Positions 28,956 through 40,070 of a stretch of DNA of 64,000 nucleotides are shown here, in pieces. Numbering within the stretch: the first letter of the stretch is position 1; each line of letters begins with the position of its first letter. The position numbers were made by a program, and so were the translations under genes. The DNA is from Actinomycetota bacterium. GTDB taxonomy: Bacteria > Actinomycetota > Actinomycetes > Actinomycetales > Microbacteriaceae. The stretch spans positions 5,918-69,917 of the forward strand of contig JBEGOY010000056.1 in NCBI GenBank assembly GCA_041181745.1. The letters run 5' to 3'. The notes below the pieces were generated by a model, which saw only the letters and a program-made list of their open reading frames with translations, ran no database searches and was not told the origin of the DNA.

Positions 28956-29708
28956 TTAGATGTTCTGGCCAACCAGCAAGCCGATGCCATATGTGATGCC
29001 CATGGTCAAAAGGCTCACCACCACGTTGCGGATGATTGCCTTGCCTGACTTGGCACCGCCAATTTTCGCTCCCACATATCCGGTGATGGCCAGAGATGCG
29101 ATAACTGCGGCAACGGTCACTGGGATGCGTTGCCCAATCCAAGGGCCGGTTACTGCTAGCAGTGGAAGAAGTGAGCCACCGGCAAATGCTACGAAGGATG
29201 CAATCGCGGCTTGGCTAGGGCTCGCATGCGCCTCTGAATCGATGCCTAATTCGGCTTCGGCATGTGCCTTCAGGGCATCGTTGGCAGTTAATTCTTTGGC
29301 AACCTGCATGGCCGATTCAAGGCTCAGGCCTTTTTGCTCATAGAACCAAGCGAGTTCGCGTAGCTCTAGCTCTGGATTATCGGCAAGCTCTTGGCGCTCT
29401 TTGGCAAGTGCGGCCTTTTCGCTATCTTTCTGCGCACTAACTGAGGTGTATTCACCACCGGCCATAGAAATTGAACCAGCTACTAGACCGGCCACACCGG
29501 CAATCAAAATGGCCGCCGAGTCTGTTGTTGCACCGGCCACACCCATCACGAGGCCAGCGGTAGAAACGATTCCATCATTGGCGCCAAGAACACCAGCACG
29601 AAGCCAGTTGAGTTTGGCTGCCATTGTGCTGCGCTGAAACTCTTGGCTCGCCATGATCTCTTCGTCGAGTTTGTTGAGGTCTGATTTCTTGCCGGTTGTT
29701 TTGGTCAT
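28956..29708 (-). CDS. VIT1/CCC1 family Fe/Mn transporter
   Basis: LRAGVLGANDGIVS and SMAGGEYTSV. Start uncertain. Confidence 0.9.
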   Translation of the reverse strand: MTKTTGKKSDLNKLDEEIMASQEFQRSTMAAKLNWLRAGVLGANDGIVSTAGLVMGVAGATTDSAAILIAGVAGLVAGSISMAGGEYTSVSAQKDSEKAALAKERQELADNPELELRELAWFYEQKGLSLESAMQVAKELTANDALKAHAEAELGIDSEAHASPSQAAIASFVAFAGGSLLPLLAVTGPWIGQRIPVTVAAVIASLAITGYVGAKIGGAKSGKAIIRNVVVSLLTMGITYGIGLLVGQNI

Positions 29709-29805
29709 GGGTATAGAAAACACCAGGCCCGAGCCTCCGTCCAGCAAGGCACGCCTAAGTTCAAGAAGTAGGATTGCTCTATTCATTACTTAGACGAGGT
29801 TTGTT

Positions 29806-31803
29806 GTGTCTGTTCTAAAGCTGACTGTTGACGGAGCACCGGTTGAGGCCGCGGCTGGAGCCGATGGTTTTGGTCTTTTCACGACAAAGACAATCGTTGC
29901 GCAGCGTGTAAACGGTGAGCTTAAAGACTTGGCTCACAAAATTGCCGATGGTGACGTTATCGAGGGTGTCGACATTTCATCCCCGGATGGCCTCAACATT
30001 CTGCGCCACTCAGCGGCCCACGTTTTGGCGCAAGCTGTTCAGAGCATCAACCCAGAAGCTAAATTGGGAATCGGCCCACCGATTAAAGATGGCTTTTACT
30101 ACGACTTCGATGTTGAGCACCCATTCACGCCAGAGGACATCAAGGCTCTCGAAAAAGCCATGGAGCGAATCATCCGTTCGGGTCAGCGCTTTATGCGTCG
30201 AGTCACAGATGATGGCGCCGCTCGCGCGGAACTTGCGAACGAACCCTACAAACTTGAACTTATTGGGCTCAAAGGCGGTGACGTGGGCGAGGGTGCCGCT
30301 GAAGTTGGCGCCGGCGAACTCACTATTTATGACAACGTAGACCCTCAATCTGGTGAAACTGTCTGGCGTGACCTTTGTCGTGGTCCGCATTTGCCAAACA
30401 CCAGAATGATTGGCAATGGCTTTGCGCTCACTCGTCTTGCATCTGCCTACTGGCGAGGCAACGAAAACAACAAGCAGTTGCAACGTGTTTATGGCACTGC
30501 TTGGCCAAGCAAAGATGAACTTCGCGCTCACCAAGAGCGCCTCGAAGAAGCGGCTCGTCGCGATCACCGTCGTCTCGGTGTTGATCTAGATCTGTTCTCT
30601 TTCCCAGACGAAATTGGTTCGGGTCTAGCTGTATTTCACCCAAAGGGCGGCATCATGCGTCGCGTTATGGAAGATTACTCGCGCAAGCGCCACGAAGAGT
30701 CTGGTTATGACTTCGTTTATTCGCCGCACATCTCGAAGAGCAATCTCTTTGAAATCTCAGGCCACTTGCAAACCTATGCAGATGGCATGTTCCCGCCAAT
30801 TCGCATGGATGAGGAGCTCGACGAAGAGGGCAACGTTAAGAAGGTTGGCCAGGACTATTACCTGAAACCTATGAACTGCCCGTTCCACATTCTCATTTAC
30901 CGCAGCCAGCCGAGAAGCTACCGTGACCTGCCATTGCGAATGTTTGAATTTGGCACCGTGTATCGCAACGAAAAGAGTGGTGTGCTGCATGGTCTAACTC
31001 GCGTGCGTGGACTAACTCAAGATGATGCCCACTTGTTTGTGACGCAAGAGAACATGAAGCAAGAACTCACCGATGTTTTGAAGTTCGTTCTTGATTTGCT
31101 CAAAGACTATGGTCTGAATGATTTCTATCTCGAGCTCTCGACTAAAGAAGAGGGCAACCCCAAGTTCGTGGGTAGTGACGAAATTTGGAAGACAGCAACC
31201 GAGACTCTCGAGCAAGTTGCTGCGGACTCGGGTCTTGAGCTAGTTCCAGACCCAGGTGGCGCCGCGTTCTATGGTCCTAAGATTTCGGTTCAGGCCCGTG
31301 ATGCTATTGGCCGCACCTGGCAGATGTCGACGATTCAACTCGACTTCAACCTTCCGGAACGCTTCGATCTTGAATACACCAACCAAGAGGGAAACAAGCA
31401 GCGACCAGTGATGATTCACCGTGCACTGTTTGGTTCTGTCGAACGATTCTTTGGTGTGCTAACCGAACACTATGCCGGCCATTTCCCTCCTTGGTTGGCG
31501 CCGGTGCAGGTTGTTGCTGTGCCAATTGCTGAGGCGTTCTCTGAATACCTTCACCAAATAGTCGCCGATTTGCGCAAGCACGGAGTTCGCGCTCAGGTTG
31601 ACGATTCAGACGATCGCATGCAAAAGAAGATCCGCAACCACACCATGGCAAAGGTTCCGTTTATGTTGATTGCCGGTGAGAGCGATCAGCTTGCCGGTGC
31701 AGTTAGCTTCCGCTTCCGTGATGGCTCTCAAGAGAATGGCATTCCGATCAAGGATGCAGTCGCTCGAATTCTGAAGGCAATCGAAGACAAGGTGCAGGTT
31801 TAG
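29806..31803 (+). CDS. thrS: Threonine--tRNA ligase
   Basis: RHSAAH, DLCRGPH, RDHRRLG, KPMNCP and FYGPKI. Confidence 0.97.
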   Translation: MSVLKLTVDGAPVEAAAGADGFGLFTTKTIVAQRVNGELKDLAHKIADGDVIEGVDISSPDGLNILRHSAAHVLAQAVQSINPEAKLGIGPPIKDGFYYDFDVEHPFTPEDIKALEKAMERIIRSGQRFMRRVTDDGAARAELANEPYKLELIGLKGGDVGEGAAEVGAGELTIYDNVDPQSGETVWRDLCRGPHLPNTRMIGNGFALTRLASAYWRGNENNKQLQRVYGTAWPSKDELRAHQERLEEAARRDHRRLGVDLDLFSFPDEIGSGLAVFHPKGGIMRRVMEDYSRKRHEESGYDFVYSPHISKSNLFEISGHLQTYADGMFPPIRMDEELDEEGNVKKVGQDYYLKPMNCPFHILIYRSQPRSYRDLPLRMFEFGTVYRNEKSGVLHGLTRVRGLTQDDAHLFVTQENMKQELTDVLKFVLDLLKDYGLNDFYLELSTKEEGNPKFVGSDEIWKTATETLEQVAADSGLELVPDPGGAAFYGPKISVQARDAIGRTWQMSTIQLDFNLPERFDLEYTNQEGNKQRPVMIHRALFGSVERFFGVLTEHYAGHFPPWLAPVQVVAVPIAEAFSEYLHQIVADLRKHGVRAQVDDSDDRMQKKIRNHTMAKVPFMLIAGESDQLAGAVSFRFRDGSQENGIPIKDAVARILKAIEDKVQV

Positions 31804-31805
31804 AA

Positions 31806-32351
31806 ATGTCTGAGCCGCGCGTTGAGTTATCTTCGGAATTGCCCGGAGTGCCAAATGCGTTTCAGCACCTTTGGACACCGCATCGTTTGGTTTACATTCA
31901 GCACGGCCAACAACCAGCTGATCACGAGTGCCCTTTCTGCCTGGCGGTAAATAAGTCTGACGAAGAGAGCCTGATTGTTTATCGAGGCAAGACTGCCTAT
32001 GCACTATTGAATCTTTACCCTTATAACTCGGGCCACCTTTTGGTCTGCCCTTATCGGCATATTTCTACCTACGACTTGGCTACCCAAGAAGAGGTGACCG
32101 AAATCGGTGAAATCACTCAGCAGGCCATGCGTGTTTTGAGCAAGGTTTCGGGCGCCCACGGATTCAACCTTGGTATGAATCAAGGTGAAGTTGCCGGCGC
32201 CGGCATTGCCGCACACTTGCACCAGCACATCGTTCCGCGCTGGCGCAACGACGCCAATTTCTTTCCGATCATCGCCGAAACTAAGGCATTGCCTCGATTG
32301 CTCGGTGAAGTTCGAGACCAAATTGCACAGAGCTGGTCTTCTGTTTCGTAG
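31806..32351 (+). CDS. HIT family hydrolase (Ap4A phosphorylase-like)
   Basis: CPFC, NLYPYNSGH and AGAGIAAHLHQHIVPRW. Confidence 0.9.
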   Translation: MSEPRVELSSELPGVPNAFQHLWTPHRLVYIQHGQQPADHECPFCLAVNKSDEESLIVYRGKTAYALLNLYPYNSGHLLVCPYRHISTYDLATQEEVTEIGEITQQAMRVLSKVSGAHGFNLGMNQGEVAGAGIAAHLHQHIVPRWRNDANFFPIIAETKALPRLLGEVRDQIAQSWSSVS

Positions 32352-32390
32352 TGTTTAGCGCGCCCTCAAGTCAAGGTTTACACTTAAGCC

Positions 32391-33296
32391 ATGACTGACG
32401 CACAAAATTCAAAGCCCGTAACCGGTACCCCTCTTGTTAAGCGCGGCCTAGCCGAGATGCTTAAGGGTGGCGTAATCATGGACGTCGTAAATGTCGAGCA
32501 AGCGAAAATTGCTGAAGACGCCGGCGCAGTTGCAGTTATGGCACTTGAGCGCGTGCCTGCAGATATTCGTGCCCAGGGTGGCGTGTCACGCATGAGTGAC
32601 CCAGACATGATTGACAGCATCATCAGCGCTGTTTCGATTCCAGTAATGGCAAAGGCTCGTATTGGTCACTTCGTTGAGGCTCAAATCTTGCAGTCGCTGA
32701 ATGTTGACTACATCGACGAGTCAGAGGTTTTGAGCCCCGCAGACTACGTAAACCACATCAATAAGTGGAACTTCGATGTTCCATTCGTTTGTGGAGCTAC
32801 AAACTTAGGTGAGGCGCTTCGTCGCATTACCGAGGGTGCAGCCATGATTCGTTCAAAGGGCGAGGCTGGCACCGGCGACGTATCCGAGGCAATGAAGCAC
32901 ATTCGCACAATCACCGGCGAAATTCGCGCATTGGCTGCCAAGTCTGAAGACGAATTGTTTGTTGCTGCAAAAGAACTTCAAGCTCCATACGAGTTAGTGC
33001 GCGAGGTTGCCGCTACCGGAAAACTTCCAGTAGTTATGTTCGTCGCAGGTGGTGTGGCAACTCCTGCCGATGCAGCATTAATGATGCAGTTGGGTGCAGA
33101 TGGCGTTTTCGTGGGATCTGGAATTTTCAAGTCTGGTGACCCTGCTGCTCGCGCTAGGGCGATCGTCAAGGCAACGACATTCTTCAATGATGCGGATGTT
33201 TTGGCTCAAGTTAGCCGAGGACTAGGCGAGGCAATGGTTGGCATTAACGTTTCTGATTTGCCTGCGCCACACCGTCTGGCTGAACGCGGCTGGTAA
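32391..33296 (+). CDS. pdxS: Pyridoxal 5'-phosphate synthase lyase subunit
   Basis: [26 protein letters not shown] and [10 protein letters not shown]. Confidence 0.97.
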   Translation: MTDAQNSKPVTGTPLVKRGLAEMLKGGVIMDVVNVEQAKIAEDAGAVAVMALERVPADIRAQGGVSRMSDPDMIDSIISAVSIPVMAKARIGHFVEAQILQSLNVDYIDESEVLSPADYVNHINKWNFDVPFVCGATNLGEALRRITEGAAMIRSKGEAGTGDVSEAMKHIRTITGEIRALAAKSEDELFVAAKELQAPYELVREVAATGKLPVVMFVAGGVATPADAALMMQLGADGVFVGSGIFKSGDPAARARAIVKATTFFNDADVLAQVSRGLGEAMVGINVSDLPAPHRLAERGW

Positions 33297-33881
33297 TTGT
33301 CGCTGAAAGTTGGCGTTCTAGCGCTGCAAGGTGATTTTCGCGAACACGCGGCAACCCTGCAGTCAATTGGTGTTGATAGCGCCGAAATTCGTCGAGTCTC
33401 GGAACTCGAAAAAGTTTCGGGCCTAATCATTCCCGGCGGTGAATCAACAGTTATGCAAAAGCTGGCGGTTGCCTACGATCTGTTCGAGCCAATTCAAAAC
33501 AAAATCAAAAATGGTTTTCCGGTATTTGGTACCTGCGCAGGTTTAATCATGTTGGCCGATCAAATCCTCGACGGTATCCCGGGACAATCTGGCTTTGGCG
33601 GCTTGGATGTTGCTGTTCGTCGAAACGCTTTCGGCCATCAGGTGGATTCATTTGAGGCAGATCTTGAATTCACCGGCGTTGACGGATCAGTTCATGCCGC
33701 CTTTATTCGCGCTCCAATTGTTGAACAGGTTGGAACCGGGGTAGAGATTCTTTCAAAGCTCGAGGACGGTCGAATTGTGGGAGTGCGCCAGAATAACGCT
33801 CTCGGCATCTCGTTTCACCCTGAAGTAGCTGGAGAGTCTCGCATCCACAAACTCTTTATCGAGCAGATCAAAAAGGCCTAA
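33297..33881 (+). CDS. pdxT: PLP synthase glutaminase subunit
   Basis: [20 protein letters not shown] and FHPE. Confidence 0.96.
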   Translation: MSLKVGVLALQGDFREHAATLQSIGVDSAEIRRVSELEKVSGLIIPGGESTVMQKLAVAYDLFEPIQNKIKNGFPVFGTCAGLIMLADQILDGIPGQSGFGGLDVAVRRNAFGHQVDSFEADLEFTGVDGSVHAAFIRAPIVEQVGTGVEILSKLEDGRIVGVRQNNALGISFHPEVAGESRIHKLFIEQIKKA

Positions 33882-33931
33882 TCGGCTGTGCTCTAAACTT
33901 AGAGAAATCTTTTTCGCAATCTAGGAGCATC

Positions 33932-34690
33932 ATGTCTGGCCACTCCAAATGGGCAACGACCAAACACAAAAAAGCTGTCATCGACGGTCGTCGCGCCAAG
34001 CTTTTTGCCAAGCTGATCAAAAACATTGAAGTTGCAGCTCGTCTTGGTGGCCCAGACATCGACGGCAACCCAACCCTTTACGATGCTGTGCAAAAAGGCC
34101 GCAAGAGCTCGCTGCCAAACGACAACATTGAACGTGCCATCAAGCGCGGATCAGGTGTTGGCGCCGATGCAGTTGAGTACCAAAACATCATGTACGAGGG
34201 ATACGGCCCAAATGGTGTTGCAGTTTTGATTGAGTGTCTGACCGATAACAAAAACCGCGCTGCGGCAGAAGTTCGCTTGGCAGTTTCTCGCAATCACGGA
34301 ACCATGGCCGACCCAGGCAGTGTTTCTTACCAGTTCAGCCGCAAGGGCGTAATTGTGGTTGCCAAGGCTGCAGGCCTAACCGAAGACAGCATTCTCGAAG
34401 CCGTTCTTGAAGTGGGCGTCGAAGATATCGAAGACCGCGGTGAACAGTTTGTTTTGACTACAGACCCTAGCGACATGGTTGCCGTTCGAACCGCTTTGCA
34501 GGCTGCTGGCATTGACTACGAATCTGCAGACGTCGAGTTCATTTCATCAATGCCGATTCAGGTTGATGCAGACACCGCACGCAAAGTCATTGCACTGATT
34601 GACGCTCTTGAAGACTGTGATGAAGTTCAGAATGTTTACTCGAACTTCGATATGTCTGCAGAAGTTCTTGCCGAACTAGAAAACGACTAA
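33932..34690 (+). CDS. YebC/PmpR family protein
   Basis: [20 protein letters not shown] and TDNKNR. Confidence 0.95.
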   Translation: MSGHSKWATTKHKKAVIDGRRAKLFAKLIKNIEVAARLGGPDIDGNPTLYDAVQKGRKSSLPNDNIERAIKRGSGVGADAVEYQNIMYEGYGPNGVAVLIECLTDNKNRAAAEVRLAVSRNHGTMADPGSVSYQFSRKGVIVVAKAAGLTEDSILEAVLEVGVEDIEDRGEQFVLTTDPSDMVAVRTALQAAGIDYESADVEFISSMPIQVDADTARKVIALIDALEDCDEVQNVYSNFDMSAEVLAELEND

Positions 34691-34696
34691 TCAGCC

Positions 34697-35260
34697 ATGC
34701 GCATTCTTGGTATTGACCCCGGTCTCACCAGATGCGGAGTTGGAGTAATTGATTTAGGCGAATCTCGCAAAGTCACCTTGGTTTCGTTAGACACTTTTAC
34801 TAGCTCGGCTGAAATCGAATTGAGTGAGCGGGTTGGCTCAATCGGTTTGCGCATTCAGCAATTAATCAAAGAATCGAAACCACAAGCAATCGCTCTCGAG
34901 CGCGTGTTCTCGCAGCAAAACGTGCGCTCGGTGATGGGAACGGCTCAAATTAGTGGCGTTGTCTTGATGTTGGCCCACCAAGAACAAATTCCGGTTTACC
35001 TGCACACGCCTACCGAAGTGAAACTTGCGGTGACCGGCTCTGGCCGTGCCGCAAAGGCCCAGGTTGGTGCGATGGTAGCCAAAATTCTCGGTCTGCAAGA
35101 AGTTCCGAAACCAGCGGACGCTGCCGACAGCCTGGCAATTGCGATTTGTCATGCCTGGCGCGCAGCTGGCTCCACTGAAACTCTGGCTAGTGAAATGACA
35201 GCCGCCCAAAAGGCTTGGCACGCCGCCGAGCGCGCTGCCACGGCATCGAAGCGGCGTTAG
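34697..35260 (+). CDS. ruvC: Holliday junction resolvase RuvC
   Basis: ILGIDPG, ERVF and DAADSLAIAICH. Confidence 0.95.
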   Translation: MRILGIDPGLTRCGVGVIDLGESRKVTLVSLDTFTSSAEIELSERVGSIGLRIQQLIKESKPQAIALERVFSQQNVRSVMGTAQISGVVLMLAHQEQIPVYLHTPTEVKLAVTGSGRAAKAQVGAMVAKILGLQEVPKPADAADSLAIAICHAWRAAGSTETLASEMTAAQKAWHAAERAATASKRR

Positions 35261-35273
35261 TTAGTCTTATGCA

Positions 35274-35879
35274 GTGATTGCATCATTGCGCGGAACCGTT
35301 ATGGCCATTGAGGCAAACACCGCCGTGCTCGAAGTTGGTGGCGTGGGCTATCAAGTGAATGCCACTGCAGAAACACTCCGCTCGCTATCTTTGGGTGCCG
35401 AGGCTTACCTTTTCACTTCTCTGATTATTCGAGAAGATGCCCACACGCTCTTTGCCTTCATGACTTTTGAAGAGCAGCAGATTTTTGATCTCTTGCGCTC
35501 GGTCACCGGGGTTGGCCCCAAGTCTGCTTTGGCGGTTCTTGCCCAATTATCCGTGGATGCAATTAAGTCGGCGGTAGTTGAAGAAAAGGATTCAGTTTTC
35601 AAATCGGTAAGTGGCATTGGCCCGAAAACCGCCAAATTAATCACACTCAATTTGGCAGGAAAACTTCAAAGCAGCGGAGTGGCGATTAACTACACCGAAG
35701 AGAGTTCGAATTCAGCAACAGTTATTGCCGCGATCACCGGTTTGGGTTGGCCGGAGCGATTGGCTGAGCAGGCAGTTGCGTTAGCCAGCCGCGAAGGTGA
35801 TCTTTCTACCGATGAGTTGTTGCGAGCCGCATTAGCCCAGCTAGGCGCATCGAAGTCAGTGGGTGCAACCGATGAGTGA
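35274..35879 (+). CDS. ruvA: Holliday junction branch migration protein RuvA
   Basis: GGVGY, REDA and [15 protein letters not shown] HhH motifs. Confidence 0.95.
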   Translation: MIASLRGTVMAIEANTAVLEVGGVGYQVNATAETLRSLSLGAEAYLFTSLIIREDAHTLFAFMTFEEQQIFDLLRSVTGVGPKSALAVLAQLSVDAIKSAVVEEKDSVFKSVSGIGPKTAKLITLNLAGKLQSSGVAINYTEESSNSATVIAAITGLGWPERLAEQAVALASREGDLSTDELLRAALAQLGASKSVGATDE

Positions 35880-36894
35880 TGAGACCTCACCAATCGCTGC
35901 CGAAAATGAGTTGGCCTTTGAATCTGCTCTTCGACCAAAGTCACTTTCTGAATTTGTCGGTCAACAGAAAGTGCGCAGTCAACTTTCCCTTTTGCTCGAG
36001 GCTGCAAAGATTCAAAATCGCACCTCTGATCACATTTTGCTTGCCGGCCCACCAGGGCTAGGCAAAACCACACTTGCGATGATTGTGGCTCACGAAAGTG
36101 GCCGTGCTCTGCGCATGACCAGTGGTCCAACCATTCAGCACGCCGGCGATCTGGCAGCCGTTCTGTCATCTCTTGCCCCGGGCGAGATTTTATTTATCGA
36201 TGAAATTCACCGGATGGCCCGTTCGGCAGAAGAAATGCTCTATTTGGCCATGGAAGATTTCCGAATTGATGTCATGGTCGGAAAAGGTCCCGGCGCAACT
36301 TCGATTCCGCTTGATCTTGCGCCATTCACTCTGGTCGGTGCCACAACTCGTTCGGGCATGCTGCCGAATCCGCTGCGTGATCGATTCGGTTTTACAGCGC
36401 ACCTTGAGTTTTATGAAGACGAAGAACTCGCGCAGGTGTTATCTCGGGCCGCGAGCAAATTAGGTCTAGATGTTGAACCGCAGGCACTTGCCGAAATTTC
36501 GGTAAGAAGTCGAGGCACGCCACGCATTGCCAATCGACTGCTGCGTCGAGTTAGAGACTTTGCCCTGGTAAACGGCCATGACCAAATCAAGCTTGCCGAT
36601 GCTCAGGGCGCTTTGAAGCTTTATGAGGTCGATGACTTGGGGCTTGATCGCCTTGACCAAGCGATTCTTGATGTGCTGGTCAATCGCTTTTCTGGCAAGC
36701 CGGTGGGTCTATCGACACTTGCGGTTGCAGTGGGTGAAGAGCAGGACACAATCGAGGCCGTGGTTGAGCCGTTCTTGCTGCGAAAAGGGCTAATTGCCCG
36801 CACATCCAGGGGCCGACAGGCAACAGCCGCGGGCTTTCGACACCTCGGTCAAAATGGCCCGGCTGAAGAGGCCGACAAGGGTATTGACCTATAA
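35872..36894 (+). CDS. ruvB: Holliday junction helicase RuvB
   Basis: [27 protein letters not shown] and [11 protein letters not shown]. Confidence 0.97.
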   Translation: MSDETSPIAAENELAFESALRPKSLSEFVGQQKVRSQLSLLLEAAKIQNRTSDHILLAGPPGLGKTTLAMIVAHESGRALRMTSGPTIQHAGDLAAVLSSLAPGEILFIDEIHRMARSAEEMLYLAMEDFRIDVMVGKGPGATSIPLDLAPFTLVGATTRSGMLPNPLRDRFGFTAHLEFYEDEELAQVLSRAASKLGLDVEPQALAEISVRSRGTPRIANRLLRRVRDFALVNGHDQIKLADAQGALKLYEVDDLGLDRLDQAILDVLVNRFSGKPVGLSTLAVAVGEEQDTIEAVVEPFLLRKGLIARTSRGRQATAAGFRHLGQNGPAEEADKGIDL

Positions 36895-36904
36895 TTGAGC
36901 GGAT

Positions 36905-36922
36905 GAGACGCGGTTGCGTCTC
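36905..36922 (+). other. Stem-loop between ruvB and yajC
   Basis: GAGACGC-GGTT-GCGTCTC, just downstream of TATAAT (36890-36895). Either a ruvB terminator or a yajC 5' hairpin. Confidence 0.45.
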
Positions 36923-36962
36923 TTGTCTTGTTAAAAGTCTTTTACCCAAAAGTTAGGTTCTC

Positions 36963-37355
36963 ATGCAGCCCACAGATTTGTTCCTCTTTGCCGCTTTAGC
37001 AGTAATGATCTTGCTCATGTTCATGAGCTCTCGCAAGCGCAAGAAGGCCGCGCAGGCTCTTCAAGACAGCGTCAAGGTTGGTGTTCCAGTTATCTTGTTC
37101 AGCGGCATCGTTGGCACCGTAGTGGCAGCCGAAGATGACCGACTAATTGTTGAAACTACTCCTGGCACCAAGATTGCAGTTCTAAAGGGCGCAGTTCGCA
37201 CTGTTGACCTAAACGCAAAGCCGATTGTTGCTGAGAAGCCAGCTGCCGCTAAGCCTGCAACTGCCGCAAAGCCAGCTGCCAAGAAGCCTGCTGCAAAGAC
37301 AGCGGCAAAGCCAGCGGCTAAGAAGCCTGCTGCAAAAAAGCCAGCCGCCAACTAA
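36963..37355 (+). CDS. yajC: Preprotein translocase subunit YajC with KPAA-rich tail
   Basis: N-terminal TM, SGIVGTV motif, position upstream of secDF. Confidence 0.88.
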   Translation: MQPTDLFLFAALAVMILLMFMSSRKRKKAAQALQDSVKVGVPVILFSGIVGTVVAAEDDRLIVETTPGTKIAVLKGAVRTVDLNAKPIVAEKPAAAKPATAAKPAAKKPAAKTAAKPAAKKPAAKKPAAN

Positions 37356-37373
37356 TACCTAAAAGGATTTCCT

Positions 37374-39044
37374 GTGTCTGAATCATCTGTAACTAAGAGC
37401 GCTCGCAAGCGCCTCACTTGGCTTGGCGTTTTGGTGGTCGGCCTCGCCGGCATCATCGGTCTAGGTTCGGTAACCAACGCGGGTGCTTCATTTGCACCAA
37501 AGCTTGCGCTTGACCTTCAGGGTGGTACCCAAATCATCCTGGCGCCGTTGCTTGAAGACGGAAAGTCAGTTACAGAAGAGCAGTTGAATCAGGCAGTTTC
37601 GATCATTCGTCAGCGTGTAGACGCCAGTGGTGTGAGCGAAGCTTCGGTAAAGACTCAAGGAAACAACAACATCATTGTTGAGATTCCAGGTGTTCCAGAC
37701 GAAAACACGCTAAAGCTGATTCGTTCAAGCGCAAAGCTAGAGTTCCGTCCGGTACTTCAGGCAACGCAAAATGCATCCGCGGCGGTTGGTTCTTCACCTT
37801 CGCCGTCGACTTCTGCGTCAGCGGCCCCTGTTACTCCACCTACCGGCACCACTCAGCAAATTTTCGACAAACTTGATTGCAACACGCCATATCGTTCTCC
37901 TGGTCAGGTTGATGACCCAACTAAAGATCTAGTCACCTGTGATGTCAACGGATACGAGAAGTTTGTGCTTGGTCCAGTTGAGATCGAGGGTTCAGACATT
38001 TCCGACGCGGCTGCTGGCACAGTAACTTCTTCAACCGGTGCATCAACAAACACCTGGGCTGTAAACCTTGATTTCAATGATGCCGGCACCAAGAAGTTCG
38101 CTGACGTGACAACTCGTTTGTACCCACAGAAGACTCCGCTAAACCGATTTGCAGTCACCCTAGATGGCTACGTGATTGTTGCTCCAACAACAAACGCTGT
38201 AATCACTAACGGAAGCGCGCAAATCACCGGTAGCTTCAACAAGGATTCTTCAAAATCATTGGCAGACCAGCTGAAGTATGGTTCGTTGCCGATTGGCTTT
38301 GAAGTTCAGAGTCAAGAGAACATCTCGGCAACACTTGGTTCAGAGCAGTTGTCTTCTGGCTTGCTTGCCGGTGGCATCGGCCTCTTGCTTGTTGTTATCT
38401 ACTCACTATTCCAGTACCGCGGTCTAGCAGTGGTCACTATTGGTTCGTTGGTTGTTGCCGCTGTGTTGGTCTACCTGTTTATTGCCTTGCTTGCTTGGCG
38501 CCAGGGATACCGTCTATCGCTTGCTGGTGTTGCCGGTTTGATTGTGTCAATCGGTATTACGGCGGACTCCTTCATCGTTTACTTTGAGCGCGTTCGAGAT
38601 GAACTTCGCGATGGGCGCAGCCTTGGCGCAGCAGTCGACCAAGGTTGGAAGCGTGCGATTCGCACCATTCTGGTGTCTGGTGGCGTAAGCCTCTTGGCTG
38701 CGGTTGTGCTTTACACGCTTACCGTCGGAAACGTGCGCGGCTTTGCCTTCACTCTTGGTCTAACCACCCTGGTTGACCTAGGTGTGGCCGTGATTTTCAC
38801 CCACCCGATTTTGCAGCTGCTTGCCAAGACAAAGTTCTTTAGCTCTGGCCACCCTTGGTCTGGCTTCGACTCGAAAGCACTTGGTGTTGTGAACTACGTA
38901 GGTCGCGGTCAATTCCGCACCTCGACAGCACTTGCGGCTGGCAAAGTTGCTAAGGCATCTAAAGAGGCAAACAAGCGTCAGACCATTGCCGAGCGCAAAG
39001 CTGCTCAGGCTAATGCTGCTAACAAAGCAGGGGAGAGCAACTAA
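37374..39044 (+). CDS. secD: Protein translocase subunit SecD
   Basis: LALDLQGG, RVDASGVSE, LKYGSLP and TADSFIVYFER. Confidence 0.95.
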   Translation: MSESSVTKSARKRLTWLGVLVVGLAGIIGLGSVTNAGASFAPKLALDLQGGTQIILAPLLEDGKSVTEEQLNQAVSIIRQRVDASGVSEASVKTQGNNNIIVEIPGVPDENTLKLIRSSAKLEFRPVLQATQNASAAVGSSPSPSTSASAAPVTPPTGTTQQIFDKLDCNTPYRSPGQVDDPTKDLVTCDVNGYEKFVLGPVEIEGSDISDAAAGTVTSSTGASTNTWAVNLDFNDAGTKKFADVTTRLYPQKTPLNRFAVTLDGYVIVAPTTNAVITNGSAQITGSFNKDSSKSLADQLKYGSLPIGFEVQSQENISATLGSEQLSSGLLAGGIGLLLVVIYSLFQYRGLAVVTIGSLVVAAVLVYLFIALLAWRQGYRLSLAGVAGLIVSIGITADSFIVYFERVRDELRDGRSLGAAVDQGWKRAIRTILVSGGVSLLAAVVLYTLTVGNVRGFAFTLGLTTLVDLGVAVIFTHPILQLLAKTKFFSSGHPWSGFDSKALGVVNYVGRGQFRTSTALAAGKVAKASKEANKRQTIAERKAAQANAANKAGESN

Positions 39045-40015
39045 TGTCAAAGTTCAGTGATTTCGGTAACGATCTCTACACCGGAAAGCGCTCATACGAC
39101 TTTGTCGGCAAGCGCAAGATCTTCTATGTGATCGCGTTGGTGATGGTTGCTTTGGCGATTGTTCTGCCTATCGCACGCGGTGGATTCAACTTTGGTATCG
39201 AATTCCGCGGTGGTTCGGAATTCCGCGTCTCGGGCGCAAGCGACACCTCGCAGCAACTTGCAGTCGATGCCGTGCATTCTGTCGAGGCAAACATCGAGCC
39301 GTTGGTCACCAACGTGGGCACCGACGCAATTCGTGTGCAGACTGAGCAACTTACTGACGTGAAGTCAGAAGCAGTTCGTGTTGCTTTGGCTAAGGCTTAT
39401 GGCGTTAAGAGTGGGGCTGTTGCTAGCTCGTTTATTGGTGCCAACTGGGGTGCCGATGTAACTAGCAAGGCAATCAACGGTTTGATCGTGTTTATTGCCC
39501 TTGCTGCCGTGCTTATGGCACTTTACTTCCGCACTCTAAAGATGTCTCTTGCTGCAGTAATCGCGCTGGCTCACGACTTGATTATTACCGCTGGAATCTA
39601 TGGAGCCACTGGCTTTGAAGTTACTCCTGCAGCGGTAATTGGTTTCTTGACCATTCTCGGATACTCGCTCTATGACACAGTGGTTGTGTTTGACAAGATT
39701 CGCGAAAATACATTTGAAGTCGAATTTAGCGAGACAACAACTTTTGCTCAGCAGGTCAATTACGCGATCAACCAGACCTTGGTTCGTTCGATCAACACCT
39801 CGGTTGTCGCCATTTTGCCAGTTGCCTCAATTTTGTTTGTCGGTGCAGCTTTGCTTGGTGCCGGCACTTTGCGAGACATCGCGCTTGCATTGTTCATCGG
39901 CATGATCGTGGGCACCTACTCAACAATCTTTATCGCAGCTCCGCTTTACAGCAACCTTCGTGAAGGTGAAGCCAAGTATCGCAAGGCAGCGCAAAAGGTT
40001 GCAGCCGCCAACTAG
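39044..40015 (+). CDS. secF: Protein translocase subunit SecF
   Basis: GIEFRGG, GYSLYDTVVVFDKIREN and RSINT. Confidence 0.95.
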   Translation: MSKFSDFGNDLYTGKRSYDFVGKRKIFYVIALVMVALAIVLPIARGGFNFGIEFRGGSEFRVSGASDTSQQLAVDAVHSVEANIEPLVTNVGTDAIRVQTEQLTDVKSEAVRVALAKAYGVKSGAVASSFIGANWGADVTSKAINGLIVFIALAAVLMALYFRTLKMSLAAVIALAHDLIITAGIYGATGFEVTPAAVIGFLTILGYSLYDTVVVFDKIRENTFEVEFSETTTFAQQVNYAINQTLVRSINTSVVAILPVASILFVGAALLGAGTLRDIALALFIGMIVGTYSTIFIAAPLYSNLREGEAKYRKAAQKVAAAN

Positions 40016-40070
40016 TCCCTGTTATTCAGAGTGACTTGTAGGCTGTTCTTCACAGAGAGATAGGCCTTAA

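Noticed and set aside
29710-29805. T-box riboswitch upstream of thrS (or alaS)
   Set aside because: The leader is too short and has no T-box consensus; alaS has only a 3-bp gap.
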